Assembly (NCBI RefSeq): GCF_963676685.1
Contig: NC_092344.1
Span: 86,118,001 to 86,182,000 of the forward strand
Length of the DNA: 64,000 nucleotides
From: Mytilus edulis
Taxonomy: Eukaryota
Direction of reading: 5' to 3'
The notes below the pieces were generated by a model. It had not been told where the DNA came from. It did no database searches and worked only from the letters and a program-made list of their open reading frames with translations. Position numbers and translations under genes: made by a program. Positions 1-15,100 of the stretch are shown in pieces; positions within the stretch are counted from its first letter, which is position 1, and every line of letters starts with the position of its first letter.

Positions 1-529
1 TTGCTAAATGGTATAATATCTGTTACGGATAGCGACGATAATTATGAATGAAGAAGAATTTGATTCCGAGATAAACATTTCTGCTCGGGGATAACATATA
101 GTTTTTAATATATTATTTGTTAAATACGTATGTGTTTTTATAAAAAGAAAGTCGGAACCTAAAGATTATTTTTTTCTGCCTTCCCCGTCCGAAGTGTATG
201 TACATATTGTAAATACTGTATTTGATATGTTAACACATCGTTTTATACGTAATGAAACACTTGTTAAAATACGATGAGGTATTAAATGTATATTTAGTAT
301 TTGTAAAGTGACAGCAACTGTTCTTCTTCCAAGTAAGGAACATCATTCAATTTTTGAATGTTATAGGTCCCGCAAAAACTGCAACTGATTTATCTAAATT
401 ATTTTTCTGTGTATTCTGCATGTTTTTAAATGTGAAAATAGCCGCTTTTCAGTGTACAGTGAAAAGATCGATCCAATGTTAATTCATACTGGAAATGAAT
501 CAATATTTTGAAAGTTGTGAAATAACTAG

Positions 530-1045
530 CAGTTTAGAATGAGTTGAGTCATTGTTGAAGATAATAAAGAAACCTACAATATTTAACACTTGCATAGTGG
601 ATAGTTGTAATCATCATCATATCACTTCTGACTGCCGTTTCGAATTTATTGTTGAAGGTCACAAAGTAACACAATTTCTTATACATTTGCATGGTGGACA
701 ATTGTCTCATTTTTAATTATAGCACCTCTTCTTATTTGGATTACATTTTCAAATTTGTCAAACGTAAAATGTAAATAGCCAGCTGATTTGTATGGTTTAT
801 TTCATTGTTGAAGGTCATATAGAAACTATAATGTCTGTATAGTATGTGGAAAATTTGTCTCATTTTCAATCATCATGATCATACCACAGTGCATGTTTGG
901 ATATGCGAAATGTAAAATGTAAATAGCTTAATTGTTGTTTAGAATGGTAATTCATGGTTGAAAGACGGATAAAACCTATAATGTGCAGTTAATGCCAGCT
1001 TGTCTGCATTGTGAATGATTGTCTCATTTACAAAATACCACTTTC
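530..1045. repeat. Decayed tandem copies (~100-150 bp period) of the ubiquitous SINE-like repeat core
   Basis: The motif TCATTGTTGAAG...CTATAAT...TGTGGA...TTGTCTCATT...ATACCAC recurs at ~550, ~650, ~800 and ~955. It is the reverse complement of the GTGGTATGATTGCCAATGAGACAAC repeat seen elsewhere in the window. Confidence 0.55.
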
Positions 1046-1363
1046 TTTTATCGATAGCAGTGTACATTGTACATGTATATACAATAATCAATTATTTCTC
1101 TTTTTAGAATAATAAAAAACAGCTTTCAAATCGAATCATACATGTATTATTTATTATACATTAATTTGTGTAGCAATACAAAATGATTGATATATTTATA
1201 CTTTCTGTTTTCAGGATATCAAGCAACATGGTACTTAAATTAAAGACAATAACAAACACAAATTAAACAAAAAAAATAAAATATCATAGCTAACATGAAT
1301 AAATAATGATCATTTGATATGTACATTTTACAGTTATATGTAATGTTCATTGTAAAGTCAGAT

Positions 1364-1680
1364 TTACTGCTTTGTTGCTGGTCTCCTCAGATATTCGTTG
1401 ACCCTCGGTATGATGGCATCCTTCCATGCTCTTGGTTCTGACAACCCTGGGTAAAAGTAAAGAACATATCGTTGAAATACTGTCTTTCTCTCATAAGGAA
1501 GTTCTGTTTTGTTACATTTTCCACCACCGTGGTAGGAATGCTGCAATCTGTAGTTCTGGGTTGTGAAAAGCTCAGGGAACAAACGTTCTAATAATTTAGT
1601 GGCGAAATGTCCTGGGCAGTTGCTATGTGTGTTCATTGAGTTGAGGTCTGCCATTGTGATTCGGTATATCTCTGGGACAT
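1364..1680 (-). CDS. BEN-domain (BEND3-like) terminal coding exon, antisense within a UBE3C intron; upstream exons not identified
   Basis: Translation GHFATKLLERLFPELFTTQNYRLQHSYHGGGKCNKTELPYERKTVFQRYVLYFYP...WKDAIIPRVNEYLRRP resembles the BEND3-type BEN domain pattern (GNFA..LL..LFPELF..N.R..Y...G...K..L...R.....YV...YP....W....P...E..RRP). A minus-strand acceptor TTCTTAG|AT lies at 1681/1680 and an AATAAA on the minus strand at ~1150-1155. The N-terminal part of ORF 1364..1906 is probably intron or repeat. Confidence 0.7.
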
Positions 1681-3158
1681 CTAAGAATGGATAAGTCTCT
1701 GGATTTGTTGATATTGGCTGGCATTTTGTTTGAAATGTACTGTATGTGTGACTGCCAATGAGACAATCCCCCCCCCCCAAGTTATAATCTGGTTGGGAAC
1801 AACCCCTTAATGTTATAAATATCTCTCTTATGAGGGGTGAATATAAGTTATAACATATTTTTTTGTAAAAAACACTTTTTAGTACAAAAGGGATCATATT
1901 TTCCAAAAGAAACTATATATCTATCTGGTATTAAATGGTCAAAACATGTCAAAGAATTTTGTAATATTCCTGGACTTTAACCATGTTATTGTTAACACAT
2001 TTACTTTTAACAGTTTATTAAATTCAAATTAAGTCGACCCCTCTTTTGGAAAAGTTGTTTAAAATATAATGTATTTCTCCTCTTTTTGAGTAAACAAAGT
2101 TTTCAGGGGTTTTGTATAGTAGCACTCTACACATCCTTGGTATTTCTATTTTCTTCTCTACAACAGTAAAATGACCCCTTGTCTGAGGCAGGGTTGTTCC
2201 CAACAAATTGGTCAAAGTACGGCCTTTTACACAGGGCTTGATCCAGACCAAACATCAAGCTATAAGGGACCCCAAAATTATAAGTGTACACAACAAAGTT
2301 GAACAGGAAAACCAACAATCTAATTTATATATACAAATGGGAAAATACCAATGAACCACATCAACAAACGATAACTGCTGAACGACAGGCCCCTGAATAA
2401 ATCAGGATAGGTGCATAAACATGCAGAGGCTATAGATAGTTTCTTTTTGCCAGCATACAATATAATTGCAGTTGATGCAAATCCTTCAGAAGTTCTTTGT
2501 ACTTTATTTTTACAACGAACATTTTTGATAGGGAATATTAGTAAGGGGGAAAGAAACTGATGTATTGTACTGTACAGGTATTTCTGCTGTTATATTTTAT
2601 ATCGCAGCACTCCCATGTGGGATAAATTGGTTTGATGCTTAACCAAATATTCTCACAGATATTTACAAAGTGTGGTGGGGTGCTTATAGGTTTAAAATCG
2701 TTGTATTAAGGTTAGACTGTGATTTTAAAAACAAATGGTGATATTTTTTTATAATATTTACAAAAAAACGGTGTGGGAAATGGACATGATTACAATTCCG
2801 GATGCGGGATTATAAAAAAAATAAAAAAATCTGTTTTGAAAAAAAAAGGTGCAGGTGGGTCCGTTGAACAAGGAATTAAATTGGTGTGGCCTAAGCTTGC
2901 AATTTATTTACGCAACTTGATTGGTAAGAAATAGGCTGAATATAGATTGTCTTGAATGTGTCAAATTTTTATCTTTCCTAGTAGGAATGCATCTACAAAA
3001 TTGGAATACAGTGAAAATAAATTGCAGCAAAGTAGGCTATAATGTACTAAATACATAAAAGAGTTTCTGCAAAAATAAGGTGATTACCAGATAATTTCCT
3101 TTTATACAAATATTTGTTATAATAAACATCTATAGATTATGAATGATGTTTTTTTTAG

Positions 3159-6100
3159 ACTTTTATACAGTTTAGCATTCAACAGAGAGTTCATGGTGAA
3201 GTTGTGGTATACCTGTGTCTCTATGTCTATTGTATCTGTTACAAGGTATGGTATAATATATTAATCACCAAAGCTTTCTGACTAAAACTGTGAATGTGTT
3301 GAATAGGAAAGTGAAGATGCCATATTTTACAATAGTCTTAACCAGGGTTTCCCCTGGGTCAATTATTTTTTTCGCCACCTCTTTCGCCAAAACATATTTT
3401 TCGCCACTTTATTATTTTTTTCGCCAAGTAAGATATAACTATATTTTTCTTTAAAGATTTACCTTTTTTTCTTACACCCCACCCCCTTTTTTCCTTAAAT
3501 GAGGTGATTTTGCCCAATTGTGTCTATGATTATTCTAGAGTCTACATTTAATGAATAAACACTAAACATTTACTTTAAAACAACAGATTTTGTTTTTAAC
3601 ATAAAAGGGAAAAATATTCATTGTATTTTAAACAACTTTTCTAAATGAGGGGGCCACTATACTTTTAATAATAAAGAAGATATAAGTCCTGGAATACAAC
3701 AAAATTAATGGACAGGTTTTGATTATATAATACCAGTATAGTTCATAGGGAAAGTTTCTTTAAAAGAAAAATATTGATGTGCCCTTTAATTTTGTACTAA
3801 GAAGTGGTTTTTACAACAAAACAAAAGCTTTTATCACATGATATTTTGATCCCTCATTTCATGTGTAATCATAACATTGAAGGGCTACTCTCATTCAAGG
3901 GGTTGTTCCCAACCTTTTGGATAGATTCTTCATAACGACAGGTTTCATTTTTTGACCATCGTAAATGAAAAAGTTGAGACGTAAAACTATGCTTGAAACA
4001 CACGTGTCACTCAAACGACTTTAAAGTAGTCTCCCTAATCAAATACCTATATTAAAGTCAAAGGATAATTAAAGTTTTAAATCGGAGATTTTTCTTGTTT
4101 TTGAAAATTTTTCGTCACAACAACAGCTATCTTTTCTAAACTATCTTTAAAAAGAGAGGAGACGTCAAAAGTTTGCTTCAAACACGTGCGTCGCAAAGTG
4201 GTAAATAAATTCTGTATGTGACATTTAGCGGAAGCCATTTAACCATATCATTTTGTCAAACAATTCAATCAACACCTTTATTAATTAGTCCTTTGTTGTC
4301 GATAGCTATAAAATGCAATCAGCTGATTATTGATTTTTTGTCCAAATCTTAATGATGTCAAGGTGAATTCCGAGAATTGTCTGATAGGTAAAGTCCGAGA
4401 AACTCGAAAAAAGTAAATAAACAAGATGGAGGAAAATAAATCGTTCTTTCGCAAATGACGAATTTTTATCGCCACAATTATTATTTTTTCGCAAATTGCG
4501 AAAATGGCGACCGCCAGCGGAAACCCTGGTCTTAACTATTAAAATGTTGATTGTCACATGAGAAATCAACGCATTAATCGTTGATAACTGCTGCAGAGTC
4601 CAGCTATCAAAATTCTTGACTAACCTTGTTGATGTGAACTTAATGGAATTAATGGTATGAAAGAACGGAATGACACATTATTACAGATCTTTAAGAGAGA
4701 AATAAGTTCTTTGAAATTTTATGAACATATTTTGAGTAGTTTTGTACACTATTAAAAAATTTAGAAATTATTTTTTTGATATTTGTAGTCATAAGTAAAC
4801 CATAGATGTATTTCAAATTTGATTGTGTATATTACAGAACTGAAACAACGTTATTACAAACGTTATCTAGAGGATTACAGATGTCAGAGGAGGATATTAA
4901 TCGTATAGTACCAATGTTGTCAGTGTTTTGTTCCATGTTTAGTCATTCTCTGTATACATTACATGACGCTGATTTCTATGGAGAAACATTCAATGGTAGG
5001 TTAAATATGAATAAGTGGAGTTGTGAGGTATATTTCAAATAAACAGCAATATAACTTTATCAAAAAGACATCTTGGGTTTAACAGTAGACAATACTGTAT
5101 TTGAGCCATATGCATATGTCAAGCTCTAAATTGTTCTTGATAAACTGTTGGTGTGGTGAATTAAAAAGACTACAAAGTACAAACTATATGGTTTACAATT
5201 TTGAGTATTACTGCCTTCTTATTTTTGAGTCAGTGGCCTTGTCTGAATTGGAGAGGAACAAAGTCTATGCATGCAAAATTTAGAGAAAGATTGGCATTCT
5301 TAGATTGAAAATGTTTTAATCATGTAGGGTGACTGTGAACTAATCTAAGTTATCAGTAACTTATTTTACAAGTCTCAAGAATCATACATTATTTGTTGAT
5401 AGTTTGAACAACTTTTGACTTTGAAAATGACACACAACACTTTAAAAATTTTTAAATTCTCAGTATTTGATTTTTTTGTTTGTTAATTTTCAGATAAAAC
5501 CAATAGTATGCCCTTTTCTCTGGATGAGTTAGTACCAATGATCTTGATGTTAAGAGATTCCTGTTTAGGAATTATAGAGCTAGCCCATCCTGATGCCAAA
5601 CCAATGATCACTGATGATTACAAAGAAGCTCTAAGAATCACAGGTGTCAGAGATGTCACCAAACAATCTAGAGATGAAGAAACCAGAAGATGGGCTTATT
5701 TATTCAAGGTGAATAGATATATGATTAATGGTCTTAGCTCTTATGTGCTCTTTGGTCTGATTGTTGTCTCTTTGACATATTCCCCATTTCCATTCTCAAT
5801 TGTATGTACATGTATATACCTATGTGTGAAAGGTTTGTTTTTATGCCCCACCTACAATAGTAGAGGGGCATTATGTTTTCTGGTCTGTGCGTTCGTTCGT
5901 TCATTCGTCCGTCTGTGTGTCCGTTCGCTTCAGGTTAAAGTTTTTGGTCAAGGTAGTTTTTGATGAAGTTGAAGTCCAATCAACTTCAAACTTATTACAC
6001 ATGTTCCCTATGATATGATATTTCTAATTTTTATTCCAAATTAAAGTTTTTACCCAATTTCAAGGTCCACTGAACATAGAAAATGATAGTGCGAGTGGGG

Positions 6101-9100
6101 CATCTGTGTACTATGGACACATTCTTGTTTCTATATATGATTTGACTGGTAACAAATCTATTAATGAGTTCTGTGATAATTGGTCGTATTACATTATTAT
6201 ACATAGCATACCGTCATTAGTAAGGATCCATATAGATTATCTACGACCAATTATCACAGAACTCATTAATAGATATAACTATTTGAAAGTTTCCTTAAAT
6301 GTTTTATGTAAGATTGCAAAGTAAAACAAAATTATTGTTATGATAAATTTTTTCATATCTGATTTTCATAGAATGTTTAAAATTCTAATGTGATGACCTA
6401 TATATCGTCAACCAGTATAATCACAGTATATATAAAAAAAGAAGATGTGGTATGATTGCCAATGAGACAACTACCTAAAGGGCAATCCCATAAATACATA
6501 AAACTGGCTGTTCTGTGTTACGCCCAACTTATTTATAATGTACTACAAGGTATACTAAATTTTCGACATCAAAACCTACAGTTTACGTAGAACAAGTAAA
6601 ATTCTTTTAATGAAAACTTGCCCGAAATGATGTTATCATCTTGGGCAACTGAACAAGGAGACGTCATATGTTTGCTTCTGGGATCAAGGTTAAACAGTGG
6701 TCATTCTAAAGTTTCTTTTATACCTCAGAATGCAATAAAATTACATTAAAAGAAACATTTTGGTGAAAAATATGAGTTGGTTTTTATGCTCCACCTCGAT
6801 ACAACCTACGATAGTAAAGGGGCATTATGTTTTCTGGTCTGTGCGTCAGTTTGTTCGTCTGTCCTTCCTTCCGTTTGTCCCGCTTCAGGTTAAAGTTTTT
6901 GGTCAAGGTAGTTTTTGATGAAGTTGAAGTCCAATCAACTTGAAACTCAATACACATGTGCCCTATGATATGAGCTTTCTTATTTTGATGACAAATTAGT
7001 GTTTTGACCCCAATTTCAAGGTTCACTGAACATAGAAAATGATAGTGCAAATTACAGGTTAAAGTTTTTGGTCAAGGTAGTTTTTGATGAAGTTGAAGTC
7101 CAATCAACTTGAAACTTAGTATACATGTTCCCTGTGATATGATCTTTCTAATTTAAATGCCTAATTAGAGTTTTCACCCCAATTTCACAGTCCACTTAAC
7201 ACAGAAAATGATAGTGCGAGTGGGGCATCTTTGTACTATGGACACATTCATGTTTTTATTTGTTATTGAATAATAATATGCTTTTATATGGGGGTAACCA
7301 GAACAGCCAAAACAATATTGAATATTGTGTATGTAGGGCTTTTACAGTTAACAAAATTACTGAATGTTTGTTTATATTATAGGTGATAGCAACATTAGTA
7401 CGACAAATCTATATCAGAGATGCCAGGCGATCTTTTTGTCCAAGACAAATGTGGTTATCTGACAGAGTACATATACAGGCTGATAAGGTAAGATAACCGT
7501 TGTGATGGGGCACTAAGTTTTACCCTTGTCCATCTGTACGTCATTCCTTATGTCCGTACATCCCAAAGTATGGTCAGATCATATGTTTTCATACAACTTA
7601 TGTTTTTGAACTATGCATGCTATTTCAATGGAAATCGTGATGTTGTAATGAATTCTTATCTTAATAGAACAAAACTCATGAGACAAGGATATTTTTCCGT
7701 TCTCTAACTTTAGTTTGACTTATCCAAATGTTATGGAACTTATACACAATGATTATTACCTCAAAACACAGATTAAGTTTGAATTTTGTTGGCATCACAT
7801 TAAATGTTCTAGAGTTATGTCCCTTTAAAAATGGAAAAATTGCTGTATTTTTTATTTGATTTCATGACTAAAATAAAATATCAACAAAGAAGGAATCAAA
7901 AATTGTTTCTAGTATTATTTCTTAATGGACATCTTGTATACTAGTAGTATTTTCTTTGCAAGTAACATTTTTAATGTTTTAGTTGTTATCTTTTCAGCCA
8001 TCTCAAATTTACAGAGCACAAGGTTCAGTCTTCACAAGAAGACCATTTGGTACAATGAGGTCATTGACAAAAGTAAAAATTGGTAAGTCATTAAAAATTG
8101 GTTGCTGTCTCTTTTAAAGCAGGGGTCACCACACCAGGCGAAGTGAGCGACAAGTCGCTCTAGGTCTCCCCACTTGGCTCTAGGGAAGCTCCAGGGAGAA
8201 GTTTATGTCGCCCTCGATTTTCAGTAAAATTTCCCAATGTCGCCTCATGATTTTTGAGAAATTCTCTATTCAAATGTAAACGACCGATAGGTTTTGAAAT
8301 ACAAAGCATGTTTTCCCCAAATTCAGAACTGATTTCTCCGCGATAGTATCATACTTCAACATAAAAATTGCTTGCCTGGGTGTACTATAAGCAAGAAAAA
8401 AGAAAAATCTTGATTTTGTAATGATTGTTTATTGTCCGCCATCTTTGTTATTGAAAATTGTAGATGGCGCCATTTCATCTTTTCAACTTTCATCATTTAC
8501 CTCATCCATATTGATATGCACTATTCATTTTCATTTTCTTGTATTTACTGACAATATGTGATGCCCAATAAAAATCTGTAAATTAAAATTTCTTTTCAAA
8601 AACGGGATCTTTTCAACTGGTATCCGCTTGTATTTTTACTACGGACGTAGTTTAGTACACCGCCGGGAACCAGCACAACGATTATAAACTACAAAATGCA
8701 GTCGGTTTTTCGTTCAGGATTTTGTTTTACAGATTGATACATGTGCTTTGTTTCAGCTTAAGGTCCTTTAAACAGTATTTCAATGAATATCTGCTCATTA
8801 ATTTGATTACTTCCAAAGTTGTATATTTTTGAAAAATATAAAGTAAGAATTTTTTACGTGGATTGCACCGTATTTGTTTTTGATTTACAAGTACCTATTC
8901 CGGTTATGACAAATACAACTTTTCTGATGTTACTTTTTGTGATTTAATCATATTTAAACACTCGTGAATCAATTACATACATTTCTAACTGCAACTTCAT
9001 TTTGGAAATCTGCATTTCCATGAAAATACCGCAAACATGTGCGATTACATGTACACGATTTAAATTTACAGTTTTACTTTACGTTTTCAACACATGTCAA

Positions 9101-12100
9101 ACAGTTTTCTCTCTGAATTCTTATTAAATGTTATTTTAAGAACAAATACATTTTTGAATCATGATCTTAGCTATGAAAGACAGTGAAACCATATTTTAAC
9201 TTTTCTTAATTGATTATTATTTTTGTTTTAAAAGGTTCTTGGACTTGGTTTAATTTTAAAATCGTTGAAATGCAGCATAATTTGATCCATGTCAAATCTT
9301 CAATTCATTCAGACCTACCAGAATAATCAGCTCTTATGCCATCAACTTATGGTCCTTATGTCATGATACTTTTTGACAATTTGCATAGGTACACATGTAA
9401 ATAAAAAAGTATTTCAGACTACAAGCATGGCAAGACGAGGACTTACAAAAATGTACTTCCTTAGCAATTGTCATGCAAAAATGATTAGAAAAGTAACAAA
9501 AAGGTATAGATTCTTAGAAAATTTTATTCATAAAAAGTATAAACGCAATCTGTCAATTTTCCCTGAAGTCTCCCTGTTGGCCCTTCACTTCTCCCAGAAG
9601 TCTCCCTGTTTGGTCTTCACTTCTCCCTATTATTTTGAAGTGTGGTGACCCCTGTTAAAGTTGACCTAAGATTCTCTTTAGTTAAATTAAATAATTCAGA
9701 TAAATTGTTAATTTCCTCAATATATTTTTATACGACCGCAAAAATTTTTTGGTCGTATATTGGTATCACGTTGGCGTCGTTGTCCGTAGTCGTCGTAGGC
9801 GTCCGAAGACTCTTGGTTTTTGCACTATAACTTTAGTATAAATTAATAGAAATCAATGAAATTTAAACTCAAGGTTTATGAACACAAAAGGAAGGTTGGG
9901 ATTGATTTTGGGAGTTGAGGTCCCAACAATTTAGGAATTAGGGGCCAAAAAGGGGCCCAAATGAGCATTTTTCTTGGTTTTCGCACCATAACTTAAGTAT
10001 AAGTAAATAAAAATCTATGAAATTTAAAGTAAACACAAGGTTTATGACCATAAAAGGAATGTTGGGATTGATGTTGGGAGTTTTGGTCCCAACAGTTTAG
10101 GAATAAGGGGCCCAAAGGGTCAAAAATTAAACTTTGTTCAAATTCATCAAAAATTGAATAATTGGGGTTCTTTGATATGCCGAAACTAACTGTATGTAGA
10201 TTCTTAATTTTTGGTCCCATTTTCAAATTGGTCTACATTAAGGTCCAAAGGGTCCAAAACTAAACTTTGTTTGATTTCAACAAAAATTTAATCCTTGGGG
10301 TTCTTTGATATGCTGAATCTAAACATGTACTTATAATTTTTATTATGGGCCCAGTTTTCAAGTTGGTCCAAATCGTGGTCCAAAATTAAACTTTGTTTGA
10401 TATCAACAAAAATTGAATCCTTGGGGTTCTTTGATATGCTGAATCTAAACCTGTAATTAGATTTTTTTATTATAGGCCCAGTTTTCAAGTTGGTCCAAGT
10501 TGCAGTCCAAAATTAAATTTTGTTTGATTTCAACAAAAATTGAATATATGGGGTTCTTTGATATATGCTTAATCTAACCATGTATTTAGATTTTTGATGT
10601 TTGGGCCCGGTTATCAGATTGGTCCACATTGAGGTCTAAAGGGTCCAAAATTGAACTTTATTTGATTTCATCAAAAATTGAATTCTTGGGGTTCTTTGAT
10701 ATGCTGAATCTAACCATGTATTTAGATTTTGGATATTGGACCATAATAGGTAATGTTCAATTTAAAATTCAAAGTTTTTAAGTTTAAGTTCTTAGACCAC
10801 ATTCATTATGTGTCAGAAACCTGTGTTGTGTCAACTATTTAATCACAATCCAAATTCAGAGCTGTATCAAGCTTGAATGTTGTGTCCATACTTGCCCAAA
10901 TGTTCAGGGTTCAAACTCTGCGGTCGTATAAAGCTGCGCCCTGGTTTATTAGTTCTATAGTCTTATTGATACAAACGTTGCAACTGTTTTTATTTATTTA
11001 TGTAATTTCCCTAGATGCTAGTTAAAATATAAAATAAAATGGATGGGATTAACTTAGTAATTACAACACAATTTATGTAATTTCTCTGTAAAGGGGATTG
11101 ACCAAAAGAAAAAAGCTTACTATATGAAATGTCCTTTTCAAATATGTACTTTAAAAAGAAATACCCATCATATATGTGTTATTCAAGATGCTGATTTATC
11201 ATTGTTTACTTTTGTTATTATTGTTGACATATATTCTAACCTTAAATTATATTTAGATGATGATGGACCTCCACTTTCTAACACTGATGTAAAGAACCTT
11301 GTCATACTCACAGAATTACCATTTGTTGTCTCATTTGCTGAACGTGTCAAGGTATGGCATTGCTGCTTTGTCAATTCATTTTTTAATGATGAAAAAGATT
11401 AAAATCTGAAACATATAAATGGACTAAAATTAAAAAAAACACAAGACTACCAAAGGCTATAATTTCCTGCCTTGGGACATGTGCATAAATGCAACAGGTT
11501 TTTTAGAACTCAACCCTCCCCTTTACCTCTAACCAATGTAAAATAAAGAAACACATCGCAATAGGCACAGTCAGATGTTAGTAGGTAACAGAAGAAATTA
11601 ACTAAAATAATAATGATAAATTAATAATTGCTTATGTTCTTTGCTCATCAATCTACTGTTAACTGAAATCTTAAAAGTGGAAGTATTACTGAACAGTTTT
11701 ATTTGTTCATAATGTTTTAGATGTTAATACAGGATTCTTGTAGGAAACTTTCAAATATGTAATCATTGATCAAATGCCTTTTTCTAGTAACCTGTAAGGT
11801 CATTACATTTAATTGATATTTCCTATTACAGATATTACAAAAGTTGATTCAGAATGACAGAGAAGAAAACCAGGGAGATAGACACCACTTCCTGTCCGGT
11901 CCTGCAATCAGTGTAATGATCAGGAGAAATTATATCTATGAAGATGCATTTGACAAACTCTCACCAGAAAATGGTTGGTGTTATTTTATATTGTTTGAGA
12001 GCTGGTATTCAAATATTTGCCACTTGACTTTAAGAAAAAACATTCGTTCAATCCATTCATCAGTACCTTATGAACAGTTTTGAGTTTATATTGACTATCT

Positions 12101-15100
12101 GCTTACACCTATCCTATGCTATTGAGTTACAATGCAGTACTCCTATTTACAAGATTTATACCTTGATAGCAAAATAATTCATGTATTGAAGCATCAAGAA
12201 AATTATTTGTTTGACATCAGATTTTAAGAACAATGTTTACCAATCACTAAATATAAAAAAGAAGATGTGGTATGATTGCCAATGCGACAACTCTCCACAT
12301 GAGACCAAATGACACAAAAATTGACCTTCAACAATGAGCAAAGCCCATACTGCATAGTCAGCTATATAAAAGGCCCTGGAATGACTAATGTAAAACAATT
12401 CAAACTAAAAAACTAACGGCCTAATTTATGTTAAAAAAATAAACGAACGACAAATATGCAACATATTAACAAATAACAACCACTGAATTACAGGCTCCTG
12501 ACTTGGGTCAGACACAGACATACAGAATGCAGCAGGATTAAACTAAGTTTTGTGTATTCTTTTGAAAAATTCTAATACATTAAATTATAATATTACATTG
12601 TAGAACCAAACCTAAAGCTGAAGATGAGAGTACAGTTAGTAAATGCTGCCGGTCTGGATGAGGCTGGTATTGATGGTGGAGGTATATTTAGGGAGTTTTT
12701 ATCAGAGTTGTTAAAGACAGGATTTGATCCTAACAGAGGTCTATTCCTGAGTACGACAGACAGATTATTATACCCTAATCCACAAGCAGCATTGTTGATG
12801 GATAACTTCACACAGCATTATTTTTTCCTAGGAAGGATGTTAGGAAAGGTATTCTTCAACAAGATATTTTGCATGTGTAATTTTTTTTCAGAGACTTAAC
12901 AATAAATACAATCAAATTAGTTGTAAGACAATACTATATTTAGATAACTCACTTTAAAATTAAAATTCATTTTAAACACTACCATATACGGCCGTGTATT
13001 GTCCGCATTTGTGTATAGTCCGCACCCCCTCTTCATCCCCAAATATCGAGGAAAAAGTCTAGTTCGCTTGTATAGTCCGCGGCAACTTTTGACAAGATCG
13101 GGTCCGCGAACAATGACGGAAAATGCCGAATTTGCGTATTTTTTTATATTTTTTTTTTTTGCCGAGATCGGCAATATAGTAAGTATTGTTGTTGAAAAGA
13201 TCGATAGTCACTTAAAACTTATGATAAGTTTTTGAATGGGATCTTTAAAGATTTGTTTTTAATCTTTGTTAAAGACTGGCAGTAATCATTGTTGTTAATA
13301 GATCGATGATTAATACAAAATTATGATCAGTTTGTAAAAGAGGACTTAAAAAGATATGTATTTTATCTATTTTAAAAGTTTTCAAAAGATTCTGTTTAAT
13401 TGCTCAATTAAATCGTCTTTCAGACTATCATTCTTTACTAATTAATTTAAAGTCCTAAACAATGAAAGTAAGAACTGTATTCATGTAATAAATGTTCATT
13501 AATTCAATCATGTACATTTAACTATCAGTGTTATCACTTTTGATAACATTGAAAGTGGTAGCTTGCCCAAGCCAATAAACTGTTTAAAATTCTAAAAATA
13601 AATATTTGGTATGCTATTAAACAAAACAAAATTAAAGATCAACCATTTAAGATCGAAAGTTTGATGTTTGATGTTTAAAAATTGATTAGAACTCATTAAA
13701 ATATTATAACTCTTTAATCTTATCATTTCTTTTATTGATTTGAAGAACTGCCTTAGGTTATTGAATTACATTCATCACTTGTCAAAAGTTGACATGGTTA
13801 ATTAATTGCTTTACACACAATCCCGTAAACTCATTCATGTAAGACGATACACCTGCACAATGTGACCTTTCACCTGGAAATATAGTTTCGTATACAAAAT
13901 TCCACTTCTTTCAGGTTTACACTTTCAGTATTAATGGTTACGATTTACAATTAAAAAAATGTTAGGTCTTGATTTATTTACGTCGATAAGTTAAGAGTTA
14001 AACACAAAAAGTCAAAATACGAAAATTTTTGATACTTTAAGCACACATTTTCAAAATGGCGCATCATGGTTTACTTGTACTGTACACACGCGAATAACAT
14101 TAAACAAAATCGATCTTGGGAAGATTTCACTAGCTTTCAACTTGACTATTATGGTTTTACCATTGAAGGGTTCATCTTTCATTGATATTCAGGATTCAGG
14201 TACACTGTTAAGATGCAATGACACAAATTTGACCAAATCCGAAACAAAGCGGACATTCGATCAAAGGCTGATTTTTATGCAAATTACTAAGTCAACACTG
14301 TTAGATTGTTTATTTTATTAAAAACAAATAACAAAGAGTAGTCAAGAATACAGTTAGATTGTTTATTTTATTTCTAAATAATACAAAGAGTTGTCAAGAA
14401 TACATTATAACATTGACAACACATGATGTTTCTGTTTACTTGGCCAAACCTCGTTCAACATCGTATCCCAACATGGAAAAAAATGTCACGAAATCCTATA
14501 GTACTGCATAGTCCGCACCCCTTCCATCAATTTCATTCCCAGGGAAAAAAAAACGCGGACTATACACCCCTTTCTACGGTATAAGATGAGAAATTACAAA
14601 GACAAAAAAAATGATTTAAAATATTTTTTTAATGAAATATATTGCAGTAATTTTCGGATTAAATGCAGATTGTTATATTCTAACATACTCTAAATTGTAT
14701 TCCAGGCTATATATGAAAACATGTTAGTAGAGATTCCATTTGCTAGTTTCTTTCTGTCAAAGATTTTAAGTCGACATGGTGGCGACCTTGACATTCACCA
14801 TCTAGCATCATTAGATCCAGAAATGTACAAGTATGTAGAATATTATAATTGTTGATGAGAGATCTTAAGTATTGATTCTTTAGTACTCAAGTTATTTTGC
14901 ATTTTAGTCTTTCTGCCTTGCCTTTAAAAGTTTTAGCAGAAAAGAAGTTGTAATTTGTAAGTTGCTTCTAATCGGCAATTTAATATGTGATCAGTTTTAT
15001 AATAAATAACATAAAACTTTATTACAAGATGAAGGCAGAAACTCATTATTTCTAATGGCTTAAATGATTCAAATTCAATATATCATGTATTTTACAGAAA

